Source: an uncultured Planctomycetaceae bacterium
GTDB lineage: Bacteria; Planctomycetota; Planctomycetia; Pirellulales; Thermoguttaceae
Assembly (NCBI GenBank): GCA_963760935.1
Contig: CAVXFB010000002.1
Span: 54,716 to 118,715, forward strand
DNA length: 64,000 nt
Direction of reading: 5' to 3'
Every line of letters begins with the position of its first letter. Within the stretch, counting starts at the first letter, position 1. Shown here piece by piece: positions 29,467 through 40,466 of the stretch. Below the pieces are notes generated by a model, which was not told the DNA's origin, ran no database searches, and saw only the letters and a program-made list of their open reading frames with translations. The position numbers and the translations under genes were made by a program.

Positions 29467-30360
29467 TCAACGACCGACCTTGAACTCGGTGAAGGACAGC
29501 GAGCCGCTGGCCGCCTTGACCACGTCAATCTCGAACCGGTCGAGTTCGCCCATTTGGCTCATCTCGTCCGATACGACCGTCTGACTGTTGATCGACACCG
29601 TGACGAGCCCGTTGTCCCGATCGATCCGCAGAATTCCGGTTGGCTGACTGACGGCAAGTTCGCCGGCCGCGCCGTCCGGCAGCCTGATGCTGTGATAATA
29701 CTTCTTCGCAAACAACGACGATCCGACCAGATCGAGCCGAGCCGTGTCGTTTCCGTAACGAATCACCCACTGGATGACGTACTTCGCGCCCTGACTGTCG
29801 ACGAAAACAACCCGGCTGCCGACCGGCTCTCTCCACCAGCCCATCAGGCCGCGCGTAACCTCAGCCATCGCGGCCGAATAGCGACATTCAAAGCAGAAAT
29901 GGTTGGGAAGCCGCAGCGTCCGGCCGACGGCGTGCGTTCCATCAACGTACGATACCAACCATTTGCGACGATCCAGCCCGGTCTTTACCGCCGTGCCTTG
30001 CCCCCAATCCGTCGCCGCTCCTTCTCGATAACGCGCGAAATTCTCGTAGAACAAGATCGGTCCGACAGGAATCGACCACGGCAGACCGCCACCCTTCGTA
30101 CTCAGTGCAGGTTGGTGTGCGTCTTGTGAGGGCGCAATAGACAATAGCGTCGCACCGCTCGGCGGCGCAATTTCCTTTCGCGCCTCCATCGCAATGAACG
30201 ATGGGCTGCTCGGCGCCACAGCGGTCGGAACGGCTTGAACCGCGCTGCCTTCGCCGGTCTGCGCCGCTGGGCGAGAAGTTCGCATCGCCGGATTCGTCAC
30301 CCACCATAGAATGAGTCCGCCCGCCAGCGTCGCGATGGTGCTTTCCAGCACCCGCAGCAT
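29467..30360 (-). CDS. hypothetical membrane-anchored protein with a beta-rich C-terminal domain
   Basis: ORF 29467..30450; probable start is the ATG at 30360 (MLRVLESTIATLAGGLILWWV = TM anchor). No family recognised. Confidence 0.5.
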   Translation of the reverse strand: MLRVLESTIATLAGGLILWWVTNPAMRTSRPAAQTGEGSAVQAVPTAVAPSSPSFIAMEARKEIAPPSGATLLSIAPSQDAHQPALSTKGGGLPWSIPVGPILFYENFARYREGAATDWGQGTAVKTGLDRRKWLVSYVDGTHAVGRTLRLPNHFCFECRYSAAMAEVTRGLMGWWREPVGSRVVFVDSQGAKYVIQWVIRYGNDTARLDLVGSSLFAKKYYHSIRLPDGAAGELAVSQPTGILRIDRDNGLVTVSINSQTVVSDEMSQMGELDRFEIDVVKAASGSLSFTEFKVGR

Positions 30361-31005
30361 GGTGCGCTGCCGCCGCAAAGCTCTAGCCCGCCCCGCCATC
30401 TGCACTCCGTCTTCCGCCTTCGCAGGTCTATGCCGCGCTCGACATCGCAAACGTGTTATGACGCGATTTCACTTGTGGTGTGCGCGTCTCGCCTGCACTG
30501 GCCGGGCAGGCAACCGGCAGCCACGCCCATCCGGCAATAACGATGGTAGCGGTCAAAACATGTTCCGCCCGTTATGCATAACGATCCGTTCTGCTAGCAT
30601 CGGCGACAGCAGCCGCTATTCCTAACGCCGACACTACGTCGCCGCAATTTTGCTCCGCCCGCGTGTCGGATTAGAAGAGATTTTTTGAAGAAAGGCATGA
30701 CGTCAAGAAAACAACCTTGCCCGTAGAAAGCAGGCCTGGAAGCGCCCTTCAGTAAACGGCTGCCCGCTTCAGCGGGCAGCGCGGCCGCGATCCGGCCACG
30801 CGGGCCATTTTAGGCCCTTCTCGGACGTCGCCCAATTGGCCATTTCCCGCAACAATTGGCAGTCTTTCCGCAGCCGTCCGGATATAACAGGACGGTGCAG
30901 TTCTCCCATCCCAAAGCCCTGGCAGAATGAGATCACGCCGAGTAAACTGCATCACTCGCAAGCAGCCTAACCACTAGCCACTGGCCACTAACCACTCGCC
31001 CCTCA

Positions 31006-31755
31006 ATGCCCCGACCCAACGTCCTTATACTCCGCGCCCCCGGCACAAATTGCGACGCTGAAACCGCGTTTACGTTCGACCGGGCAGGTGCGAAGGCCGA
31101 AACCCTGCATATCAACCGCCTGCTGGAAAAGCCAGCCCTCTTCCAGCAGTTCCAAATCCTTTGCATCCCCGGCGGCTTCAGCTACGGCGACGACCTCGGC
31201 GCCGGCCGCATCCTCGGCAATCAGATTCAACACCACCTGGCTGAGGAATTGATCCGCTTCAAGGCCGACGGCAAGCTCATCCTCGGCATCTGCAACGGTT
31301 TCCAGGTTCTGATGAAGTCGCCGGTCTTGCTCGATCACGACAACGAAAGAGGCCCGGCCGCCACATTGACGCTCAACGATTGCGGCCGCTATCAAGACCG
31401 CTGGGTACGCCTGGAAACGCATGGATCAAAATGCGTCTTTCTCGGTGGCATCGAACGCATGTACCTGCCAGTCGCCCACGCCGAGGGCAAGTTCATTACC
31501 CGCGATGACGAGATGTTGCGACAATTAGACGCCGCCGACCAACTCGTCTTGCGTTACGTCCACGAAGACAATCCCAACGGCGCGATGGCCGACGTCGCCG
31601 GCGTCTGTGACGCTACCGGCCGTGTCTTAGGCCTGATGCCGCACCCGGAACGCTACATCGATCCAACTCAGCACCCTCGCTGGACCCGTGGCGAAGCCGG
31701 CCCGGTGGGCGACGGCCTGAAGGTTTTCGAGAACGCGGTCGCATATTTTGCGTAG
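31006..31755 (+). CDS. purQ: phosphoribosylformylglycinamidine synthase I (glutamine amidotransferase subunit PurQ)
   Basis: 249 aa. VLILRAPGTNCDAE..., IPGGFSYGDDLGAG..., nucleophile elbow LGICNGFQVL, and C-terminal MPHPER. Confidence 0.92.
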   Translation: MPRPNVLILRAPGTNCDAETAFTFDRAGAKAETLHINRLLEKPALFQQFQILCIPGGFSYGDDLGAGRILGNQIQHHLAEELIRFKADGKLILGICNGFQVLMKSPVLLDHDNERGPAATLTLNDCGRYQDRWVRLETHGSKCVFLGGIERMYLPVAHAEGKFITRDDEMLRQLDAADQLVLRYVHEDNPNGAMADVAGVCDATGRVLGLMPHPERYIDPTQHPRWTRGEAGPVGDGLKVFENAVAYFA

Positions 31756-31860
31756 ACGCGCCACGATTGGCTAACCACTGACCACTCCCACCCCCATTAA
31801 GATCGGTACTCACCGCCGCCGGCGCCCCCTACAATTCAGTGGTTCGATAGGAGGTGCGCA

Positions 31861-32067
31861 ATGTACGACGAACCGAGGCTTTCCGAGGCCGAGTGGCACC
31901 TAATCGTGGAACTGCTGGAGCGCGAGCGCGGCGAATTGCCGGTCGAGATCCATCACTGCCAAAACGATCGCATCCGTACGCAGTTGCATCACCGGGCAGA
32001 GTTAGTGCAGGGACTACTCGACCGCCTAAGGACGCCGGTGGCGGCGGAAACCGCTAAAGCACTGTAG
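31861..32067 (+). CDS. small hypothetical protein (68 aa)
   Basis: ATG preceded by TAGGAGGTG at the proper spacing. Helical, charged sequence (LSEAEWHLIVELLERERGELPVEIHH...). The 3' end overlaps the convergent gene by 14 nt. Confidence 0.45.
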   Translation: MYDEPRLSEAEWHLIVELLERERGELPVEIHHCQNDRIRTQLHHRAELVQGLLDRLRTPVAAETAKAL

Positions 32068-33199
32068 TCGCCCACAATACGGCTAGCGGGCACGCTGTAA
32101 TCAGAAGCAGCCCTAGCCCCACAAGGTTGCGACGCACCGTGCATTGCCGTTCGAAAAGCCTCCGCGGATTCTCAACCGGTTCGCAAGCGGGAACTTCGCC
32201 AAGCACCGGCACGCCGGCATCCGCCCGCACCTGCCCAATGCTGCCGCAGACCGGACGAATGGAACTGCCAAGGGAGACGAACCCGACACCAAAGGCCATT
32301 AGCGTCCCAGCAAGAAGCGGCATCCATCCTCCGGGCGATCTCTCCTCAGGCATGAGCGAATCGGCGGTCACGCAGGCGCGCACCACGGAATACTGTGGCG
32401 CGGGCCCATCAACGGCCGATTGCCGCGCATCGGCCTCGTCGCACTTCCGCCGGCTCGCCTCGACGGCTGCCATCAGTTCGGCCAGCCGCTGCTTCTCCTG
32501 CTCCGTGGGCGGTGATTCATCTGCCTGCGGCTGAGAAACCGTCTGTGCGTCCGGGGCCGCTATCGTCCGCTGTACCCCCGCCATCTGCTGTTTCACGTCA
32601 TCCATCTGAGCCGTCACGTCCTGCACCGCCGGGTGTAACGGCGTTCGATCAACCAACAGCTTCGCTCGCTGCTCGGTCAGCGTGGCCAATCGCCCTTCCA
32701 ATTCGATCCACACTGGATTATCGACGGTTGCCGCCGTTGTTGCGGGCTGCGACGTCTCTCTGGCACTCTTCGCGGCGGCCATTTGTTTTCGAAACTCTTC
32801 CAGCCATGCCTCATCTTCCTCTAGCTGCTGATGTGCCAGCGCGGCGGCCTCGACCTTAGCAGAACGAACGCCGTCCATTCGACGCTTCCACTCAATGCGA
32901 CGGTCCTCGACATACCGCTCGGCCAATGTATTCGCAACGTCCTCCGCTCGGCGGGAATCTGCGCCGGTGTAGCTCAGCGGGATGCGAACCTCGCTCGCCC
33001 CCGCCTTCGCCGCCGGCTCAACAACATAGGCCGTCGCCGTGTACGAGAGCGGCGCGGCCGCCGGCGTCCGGTCCATATTCACGTAGCGATACGTAATGCC
33101 CGCAGTCAATCCAAACGCCAACAGCGCGAACGCGATCGAACGACCACGGCCCGACCAGCCCGCAACGGTCGCCGGCGAACAAGTAACGGTTTTCGACAT
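32054..33199 (-). CDS. Wzz/GumC-like polysaccharide chain-length-determinant (PCP) family protein, no kinase domain
   Basis: 381 aa. An N-terminal TM and a C-terminal TM flank a long coiled-coil region with LTEQRAKLLVDRTPLHPAVQDVTAQMDDV (PCP-like ...hP.v..l...i motif). Confidence 0.5.
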   Translation of the reverse strand: MSKTVTCSPATVAGWSGRGRSIAFALLAFGLTAGITYRYVNMDRTPAAAPLSYTATAYVVEPAAKAGASEVRIPLSYTGADSRRAEDVANTLAERYVEDRRIEWKRRMDGVRSAKVEAAALAHQQLEEDEAWLEEFRKQMAAAKSARETSQPATTAATVDNPVWIELEGRLATLTEQRAKLLVDRTPLHPAVQDVTAQMDDVKQQMAGVQRTIAAPDAQTVSQPQADESPPTEQEKQRLAELMAAVEASRRKCDEADARQSAVDGPAPQYSVVRACVTADSLMPEERSPGGWMPLLAGTLMAFGVGFVSLGSSIRPVCGSIGQVRADAGVPVLGEVPACEPVENPRRLFERQCTVRRNLVGLGLLLITACPLAVLWATTVL

Positions 33200-33346
33200 A
33201 ACGACCCCCCCAATAGCGCTCAGCGCGCATACGGCTCCCTATCTTCACATCGACCCCCAGGCAGTGGCAGCTTGAGGCACGGAGATTGAAAATGGCCCCG
33301 GCATGGTACAATGGCTTTGCAGCGTTGCCTGTAGCGGAGGATCGCT

Positions 33347-34003
33347 ATGTTTCAAATCAAGATCTGCGGCATCACCAGCGTTGAGGATGCGCTATCAGTC
33401 GCCCAGGCTGGAGCCGACGCCATCGGGCTGAACTTCTTCGGCCGCAGTCCCCGCTGTGTAGCCCGGAGCACGGCTCAAAAAATCGTCGCCGCGCTGCCTC
33501 ATAATCTTGTCAAGGTAGGCGTCTTCGTCGACACGCCGGCGACCGAGTTGTGCGAACTCTTCGACGCACTGCACCTCGACCTGATCCAGCTGCACGGCGA
33601 CCAGCCCCCCGAGTTCGTCGGCCAACTCGGCGGCCGTCCCGTGATGAAGGCATTCCGAATTGGCCCCGATGGGCTGCCGCTGGTCGTCGACTATCTACAG
33701 GCCTGCCGCGCGCACGGCTCATCGCTGAAGATGGCAATGCTCGATGCAGCCATCACTGGCGAGTACGGCGGCACGGGCCGAATTGCCGACTGGAGCGTCG
33801 CCCAGCGCTATGTCACAGACATCGCCACCCCACCATTGGTGCTTGCGGGTGGGCTGACGCCGGACAACGTCGCCGATGCTATCCGCGCCGTTCGACCTGC
33901 CGCCGTAGACGTGGCCAGCGGTGTCGAGTCTCGCCCAGGCCGCAAGGACCCCATCGCCGTCACCTCGTTTGTCGAAGCTGCCCGAATGGCGTTCAGTTGC
34001 TAA
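33347..34003 (+). CDS. trpF: N-(5'-phosphoribosyl)anthranilate isomerase
   Basis: 218 aa. MFQIKICGITSVEDA...AGADAIGLNFF..SPR, ...IQLHGD..., ...LAGGLTPDNV...VDVASGVE. Confidence 0.9.
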   Translation: MFQIKICGITSVEDALSVAQAGADAIGLNFFGRSPRCVARSTAQKIVAALPHNLVKVGVFVDTPATELCELFDALHLDLIQLHGDQPPEFVGQLGGRPVMKAFRIGPDGLPLVVDYLQACRAHGSSLKMAMLDAAITGEYGGTGRIADWSVAQRYVTDIATPPLVLAGGLTPDNVADAIRAVRPAAVDVASGVESRPGRKDPIAVTSFVEAARMAFSC

Positions 34004-34112
34004 CGCGTTCCGCGCGGCCACCCCTTCTGCCCCTTCCAACTCTCGGCAAAAGGTCCTATCATAGACGCCTGTCTCGAGTACGAATCCCGTCAACGTCCAA
34101 GGAGGAGCCGAG

Positions 34113-35429
<1,317 letters not shown>

Positions 35430-35431
35430 AC

Positions 35432-35465
35432 GGGATTAGGGATTGGGGACTAGGGATTAGAGGTC
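35432..35465. repeat. ATTAGGG/CTAGGG oligomer block, left arm of an imperfect inverted pair with 35681-35707
   Basis: GGGATTAGGGATTGGGGACTAGGGATTAGAGGTC versus the reverse complement of GACCTCCAATCCCTAATCCCTAATCCC. The pair brackets ~215 bp between ahcY and the DUF1015 gene. Confidence 0.65.
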
Positions 35466-35719
35466 GACATGCGGCGAGCGATAACGGTCATTGCGATAGT
35501 CGCGGGCTGCTTGGCATTTTCCTTCCTGGGAATTGTCGTCCGTTCACCTTATCCGCCGGTCTCAATCTCCCTGTGTACCGCTTGTCTCCTGGTGAGTCTC
35601 TCGTGTTACCTGTATTTGCTGGGCACTGTCACGCGGCGAACAAAGTCGAAGCGTGGTTGTCAGACAACGGATCTGTCCTCGACCTCCAATCCCTAATCCC
35701 TAATCCCTCCCTCTCCATC

Positions 35720-37024
35720 ATGCCAGAACTCCAAGCGTTCCGTGGGATCCGCTACAACCTAGGCCGCGTCGGCGCGCTCAGCGACGTCGTCACTCCGCCC
35801 TACGACGTGATCGGCCCCGAGTTGCAGGAGCAGTTCTACCAGAGGCATCCCAACAGCTTCATTCGCATCGACCTGAATCGCATTGAGCCGGCCGACGATG
35901 ATGAGGTTAGCAACCGCTACACCCGGGCGGCACGCTACTACCGCCAGTGGCGCGACGAAGGAGTGCTCACGACCGAAGCCGATCCGGCCATCTATGTGTA
36001 TCACCAAGAGTTCAATTATGCGGGCAACACCTACGTCCGTCGCGGCTTCATGGCGCGACAGCGCCTCACGCGGTTTGGCGAGGGCCAGGTGTTCCCGCAC
36101 GAGGAGACTCTGCCCGCGGCGAAGATCGATCGGCTGATGCTGACCGTGGTGACAAAGGCTAATCTGAGCCCGATCTTCGGACTGTATCCCGATCCACAGT
36201 GCGAGGCGCAAAACCTGTTGGACACCGCCGTCGCCGACAAGACGCCGTTGGTGGCCTCCGATCATCTGGGCGTCGTCCATCGCCTCTGGCCGCTTACCGA
36301 CGTGGGCGTGATCTCCAAGTTGTCGGCCGTCATGGGCCCAAAATCAATCTTCATCGCCGATGGTCACCACCGCTACGAAACGGCGTGCAACTACCGTGAG
36401 CAGGTCTATGACAGCGGCTTCCTCTCGCCCGAACATTCCGCCAACTACACACTGATGATGTGCGTGGCCATGGACGATCCCGGCCTGATCGTGATGCCCA
36501 CGCACCGCTTGTTCCGCGGCGTTCCGGCTATGACCAGTGCGGAACTGGCCGCCAAATTGACGCCCTGTTTCTCGACCCGGCCGGCCGGCGAAGGCCCGGA
36601 GAAGGCCGTCACCGTTTGGGAGGATATCGAGACAGGCGGCGACCAGTCTTCGATCGGCCTCTACACGCAAACCGATGGACGCTGGCTGATCGCCACATTG
36701 ACCGACGCCGGCCGCGCTCGCATGGCCGAACTCTCGAAGGATCATACCGAGGCATGGCAGGCACTTGGCGTGAGCCTCTTGCACCGGCTCGTCGTCGACG
36801 ATCTCTTGGATTGCAAAGAGCTGCCCAAGCCGACCTACGTTCATCTGATCGAAGAAGTGGTCGACGGCCTACGGTCCGGCGAATATCCGCTGGCGGCTGT
36901 CGTCATGCCGGCAACGGTCGAAGACGTCCGCACTATCAGCCTGGGCGGCGAACGCATGCCCGCCAAGAGCACCTACTTCTATCCCAAGCTCCTCAGCGGG
37001 CTGGTCATCAATCCGCTCGAATAG
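35720..37024 (+). CDS. DUF1015 family protein
   Basis: Start at the ATG at 35720 (MPELQAFRGIRYNLGRVGALSDVVTPPYDVIG, the characteristic DUF1015 N-terminus). ...IADGHHRYETA.... Confidence 0.85.
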   Translation: MPELQAFRGIRYNLGRVGALSDVVTPPYDVIGPELQEQFYQRHPNSFIRIDLNRIEPADDDEVSNRYTRAARYYRQWRDEGVLTTEADPAIYVYHQEFNYAGNTYVRRGFMARQRLTRFGEGQVFPHEETLPAAKIDRLMLTVVTKANLSPIFGLYPDPQCEAQNLLDTAVADKTPLVASDHLGVVHRLWPLTDVGVISKLSAVMGPKSIFIADGHHRYETACNYREQVYDSGFLSPEHSANYTLMMCVAMDDPGLIVMPTHRLFRGVPAMTSAELAAKLTPCFSTRPAGEGPEKAVTVWEDIETGGDQSSIGLYTQTDGRWLIATLTDAGRARMAELSKDHTEAWQALGVSLLHRLVVDDLLDCKELPKPTYVHLIEEVVDGLRSGEYPLAAVVMPATVEDVRTISLGGERMPAKSTYFYPKLLSGLVINPLE

Positions 37025-37100
37025 TCAACTGAGAGCAAGATGCATAAGAACCCGTTCCAAGTCCAGCGGGGATGGCTGTCAGTGTCTGCGCCGCTTGCCC

Positions 37101-37116
37101 CGTTCCACGTGAAACG
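37101..37116. promoter_or_regulatory. parS-like site CGTTCCACGTGAAACG (14/16 to TGTTNCACGTGAAACA)
   Basis: Direct match to the ParB-binding consensus, in the spacer after the DUF1015 gene. Confidence 0.6.
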
Positions 37117-37138
37117 GCCGGCGGTGCCGTGGTTCCTG

Positions 37139-37921
37139 ATGCGTAGCCAAGCATCAAGAAGCATCATGGCAACGCCGGTGACAAGCGAATCCGAGACGGC
37201 ACCAGAATCGGTCCCTCATCTTCAGGTGCCGCGCCTCGCCACTAGGCATGTGATTGTCTGGCTCATCACCGCCACTATGCTTTGGATGGTGAGTACCGGC
37301 GTGAACGTGGTGTTTGGCCGGACGGTGCAGCAGGTAGGCCCGTGGACAACATTTGTGTTGGATGGTCTCTCGGCCGCAGTTTTGGCAGCCGCTTTGGTTG
37401 GGGCGGCGATTCTGATCCGCTCCTTGCGTTCAGCCCCAGGCAGACTCCAGCCGGGGCACTGGATGCTCATCTACATCGCGATTAGCAACCTTCTCTTCAT
37501 GCTGACATCTCCGATCTGGCGATCACACGACTCAGCCGGCCCAATTATGATTGTCGCGGCATTCTGGAGTTTGATCTCGGGAGCTTTCTATTGGTGCGCT
37601 GCGATCCGTTTGAAAGATGCCAAAAAGTGGAAAATAGCATTCGCCTGGTACACCGCAACGCTGCTGCTTGGAGGTGGAATGGAGCTGTTGATGTCCCTTA
37701 GAGATCTCGCCTTCTGGCTGCCGGGCCTCTTGTTCGTTGTGATGCCGCTGACATTGTTGTCCGTGTTGATAGGCTTGTTTTCGTTCATCTCTGCAATCGC
37801 AACTGACGTGCGAAGTCGGCTACGCCGTGATTGGCTGCATTGGGCGGGTGTCGTTGTCGTCATCATGCCCGTGTTTGAAGGGATCGCAATGCAATTCGCT
37901 CGGTGGCTCGCTTTGCCCTGA
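37139..37921 (+). CDS. hypothetical multi-pass membrane protein
   Basis: ORF 37040..37921. ATG candidates at 37139 and 37166 lie downstream of the parS-like site. About six hydrophobic helices; no family recognised. Confidence 0.5.
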   Translation: MRSQASRSIMATPVTSESETAPESVPHLQVPRLATRHVIVWLITATMLWMVSTGVNVVFGRTVQQVGPWTTFVLDGLSAAVLAAALVGAAILIRSLRSAPGRLQPGHWMLIYIAISNLLFMLTSPIWRSHDSAGPIMIVAAFWSLISGAFYWCAAIRLKDAKKWKIAFAWYTATLLLGGGMELLMSLRDLAFWLPGLLFVVMPLTLLSVLIGLFSFISAIATDVRSRLRRDWLHWAGVVVVIMPVFEGIAMQFARWLALP

Positions 37922-37956
37922 CGTAGGATGCGGTTCGCACGACTCGTGAAACTGCG

Positions 37957-37972
37957 TGTTTCACGTGAAACA
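37957..37972. promoter_or_regulatory. parS centromere site, perfect consensus TGTTTCACGTGAAACA
   Basis: 16/16 match to the canonical ParB/Spo0J binding palindrome, ~140 bp upstream of parA. Confidence 0.9.
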
Positions 37973-37992
37973 GGTAGTTCGCGGCGAGAATC

Positions 37993-38008
37993 GGTTTCAT
38001 GTGAAACG
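37993..38008. promoter_or_regulatory. degenerate parS-like site GGTTTCATGTGAAACG (13/16)
   Basis: Second palindromic half-conserved site 21 nt after the perfect parS. A further CGTGAAAC half-site lies at ~37945-37952. Confidence 0.5.
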
Positions 38009-38109
38009 TGACGACTCCTCGCGATCAAACTGGCATTCCCGCGCACATCGCCTCCCTGCTAGAATCTGCACCGACCTAGGCAGTGCCATTGGTAGCAAGG
38101 AGGCGCTAA

Positions 38110-38856
38110 GTGGCCCGGACCTTCTGCGTGGCCAATCAGAAAGGTGGCGTGGGCAAAACAACCACCGCCATCAATCTGGCGGCTGCGCTCGCGCGATCCG
38201 GCGCCCAAACCCTCCTGGTCGACCTCGATCCACAATGCAACGCCACGAGCGGCTTGGGACGTCAACCGCTGCAAAACCACCCGCTGGTGCAGTGCGCGCC
38301 GATCCGCCAAGGCGTTCAGGCAACCGATGTGGCGCGACTCGATCTGCTGCCGGGCTGCCGCAGCTTTCACGATATTGAACTATTGACGCGGGACAATGCC
38401 CAGGAGTCGGCCCGACTTCGCGACCATTTGACGACCGGTTTCAACTCGTACGACTTCGTGCTGATCGATTGCCCGCCATCGCTGGGACCACTGACGAAGA
38501 CGGCGCTCGGCAGTTCGACCGAAGTTTTCATGCCGATCCAATGCGAGTATTTCGCCATGGAAGGCCTGACGCAAATGATCGAGGTGATTCGCGACGTAAT
38601 GCAGCAAGAGAGCAATCAACTGCAGTTCGGCGGCATTGTCTTGACCATGTACGATCACTCCCTGGAGCTGACGCACGAAGTCGATGAACAAGTCCGGGAA
38701 TTTTTTGGCGATATCGTCTTTCAGACGGCCGTGCCGCGCGACGTAGCGGTTGCCGAGGCACCCAGCCACGGAAAGTCGGTCCTCGACTACGATCCCCGCT
38801 CGCGGGGGTCACGTGCGTACGTAGAACTTTGCATGGAGGTACTGGAACGTGAGTAA
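38110..38856 (+). CDS. parA: chromosome partitioning ATPase ParA/Soj
   Basis: 248 aa. GTG start after an AAGGAGG SD. Deviant Walker A NQKGGVGKTTTAINLAAAL, ...LLVDLDPQCNAT..., ...DFVLIDCPPSLG.... Confidence 0.93.
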   Translation: MARTFCVANQKGGVGKTTTAINLAAALARSGAQTLLVDLDPQCNATSGLGRQPLQNHPLVQCAPIRQGVQATDVARLDLLPGCRSFHDIELLTRDNAQESARLRDHLTTGFNSYDFVLIDCPPSLGPLTKTALGSSTEVFMPIQCEYFAMEGLTQMIEVIRDVMQQESNQLQFGGIVLTMYDHSLELTHEVDEQVREFFGDIVFQTAVPRDVAVAEAPSHGKSVLDYDPRSRGSRAYVELCMEVLERE

Positions 38857-39994
38857 AGAACGACGACTTGGACGCGGCCTTGAGGCGTTGCTCGGGCAAG
38901 TGCTGGCCCGCAACGAATCGACGATGCCCCCTCCGCAACCGCGGCCGGCGACGCCCCCGGAAGCAAACGATGAGCCGCAGGTCGCTCAGTTCTCGGTGCC
39001 ACCGGCGCCGTCGGCCGTGCCGACCGATCCGCTGTTCCGTCTCGACGTGCCGCACACTGGCCTGGCGCAGATGGGTCCGCCCCATCATCTTGGCGGCAGT
39101 GCGCCTATGTCGTCCGAGGCGGCAATACCGGTGCCAGCAATCGGCGATCCGCCCACGACGCCGAGCGAACCAGAGCCTCGCATGCCGACGCGAGTCAGCG
39201 TCGACGAGATCGATCGAAACCCGGCCCAGCCCCGGCAGGACTTCCCGGCCGACGAGATGCGAGCATTGTCCGAAAGCCTCGCGGCACACGGCCTGTTGCA
39301 GCCGGTTGTCGTCCGGCGGATGCACGATCGCTACCAACTCGTGGCCGGCGAGCGGCGGCTGCGGGCTGCCGTTCAGGCCGGATGGGTCGATGTGCCGGTC
39401 AACGTCATCGAGGCCGACGACCGTCAAATGGCCGAACTGGCCATCGTCGAGAACCTGCAACGGAAAGATCTCAACGCCCTGGAGAAGGCAGCCTCATTCC
39501 AGAAGTACCTCGACGAGTACGGCTGCACTCAGGAAGAGTTGGCGGGCCGCTTGAAGCTCGACCGCTCGACAATCGCCAACCTGATCCGGCTGCTCGAACT
39601 GCCCGAAGCGGTCCAAGATGCCCTTCGCCGTGGCCGCATCACCCAGGGGCATGCACGCGCACTACTGCCTTTGGGTGATGAGCAAGAGCAGATCGAGTTC
39701 TGCCAGCGAATCCAGCGCGAGGGCATGAACGTGCGGCAGACCGAGGCCCTCGTTCAACAGATAATCGACGCTGCCGATCGTGAGCCGCTGGCCACGGCGG
39801 AAGCGCCTGCGAGGCCGTCGCGCTCTTCCCGCACGAAAAGCGAGCACATCGTCGCCCTGGAACAGCAATTCCGCACCGCGTTGGGCATGAAGGTCAAGAT
39901 TACGCACAATGCCCGCGGCCGCGGAAAGCTCGTGGTGCAGTTCCGCGATCACGAAGAGTTCGATCGATTGAAGAAGCACATCTGCGGCGGATGA
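38849..39994 (+). CDS. parB: chromosome partitioning protein ParB/Spo0J (with a long Pro-rich N-terminal insertion)
   Basis: 381 aa. MSKERRLGRGLEALLG N-terminus, ParB box LLQPVVVRR...YQLVAGERRLRAA, HTH GCTQEELAGRLKLDRSTIANLIRLL. Overlaps the parA end by 8 nt. Confidence 0.93.
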   Translation: MSKERRLGRGLEALLGQVLARNESTMPPPQPRPATPPEANDEPQVAQFSVPPAPSAVPTDPLFRLDVPHTGLAQMGPPHHLGGSAPMSSEAAIPVPAIGDPPTTPSEPEPRMPTRVSVDEIDRNPAQPRQDFPADEMRALSESLAAHGLLQPVVVRRMHDRYQLVAGERRLRAAVQAGWVDVPVNVIEADDRQMAELAIVENLQRKDLNALEKAASFQKYLDEYGCTQEELAGRLKLDRSTIANLIRLLELPEAVQDALRRGRITQGHARALLPLGDEQEQIEFCQRIQREGMNVRQTEALVQQIIDAADREPLATAEAPARPSRSSRTKSEHIVALEQQFRTALGMKVKITHNARGRGKLVVQFRDHEEFDRLKKHICGG

Positions 39995-40107
39995 GGGAGT
40001 GGTCAGTGGCCAGTGGCGAGTGGTCAGTGGTGAGTGGGGTGGCAACCGGCGGCCCCGCGTCCCCCTTCTTTTCCGCGGCGGGCAAAGCTGATACGATAGT
40101 GGACACA

Positions 40108-40184
<77 letters not shown>

Positions 40185-40217
40185 CGCGGAATCTGGTGAT
40201 TGTCGAGGACAATTCTA

Positions 40218-40466
40218 ATGAGCGAAGCGGCAATCCGACTGCATGTTGAGCCACTTGAGCAAGGCGGCTATCTGGCGACGAGTCCCGACGTTCCGGGGCT
40301 TGTAGCCGAGGGCCGCAGTGTCGTCGAGGCAGTGGAAATTGCACAAGGTCTGGCCCGCAAAATTGCTGAATCGTGCATCGAGCACCACGATCCCCTGCCG
40401 CCTGCGCTCGCACGACTTGTCGATGGTGGAATGAGCGACTTTGTCGTGCCCGTAGGGACTCTGTGA
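40218..40466 (+). CDS. hicB: HicB-family antitoxin (type II TA)
   Basis: ATG at 40218 (MSEAAIRLHVEPLEQGGYLATSPDVPGLVAEGRSVVEAVEIAQ...), a UPF0150/HicB N-terminal fold motif. The stop overlaps the hicA start (TGATG). Confidence 0.75.
   Translation: MSEAAIRLHVEPLEQGGYLATSPDVPGLVAEGRSVVEAVEIAQGLARKIAESCIEHHDPLPPALARLVDGGMSDFVVPVGTL

Noticed and set aside
34004-34112. SAH riboswitch upstream of ahcY
   Set aside because: I looked for the conserved SAH-element core and pseudoknot sequences in the 110-nt leader and saw nothing resembling them. An Rfam scan would be decisive.
35432-35707. TTAGGG-like telomeric repeats, and the 75-aa ORF 35469..35696
   Set aside because: The ATTAGGG/CTAGGG blocks are short, imperfect and internal to a gene-dense region, like the other oligomer blocks at gene boundaries. 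The enclosed ORF has no RBS or recognisable family and overlaps the extended (rejected) upstream part of the DUF1015 ORF.
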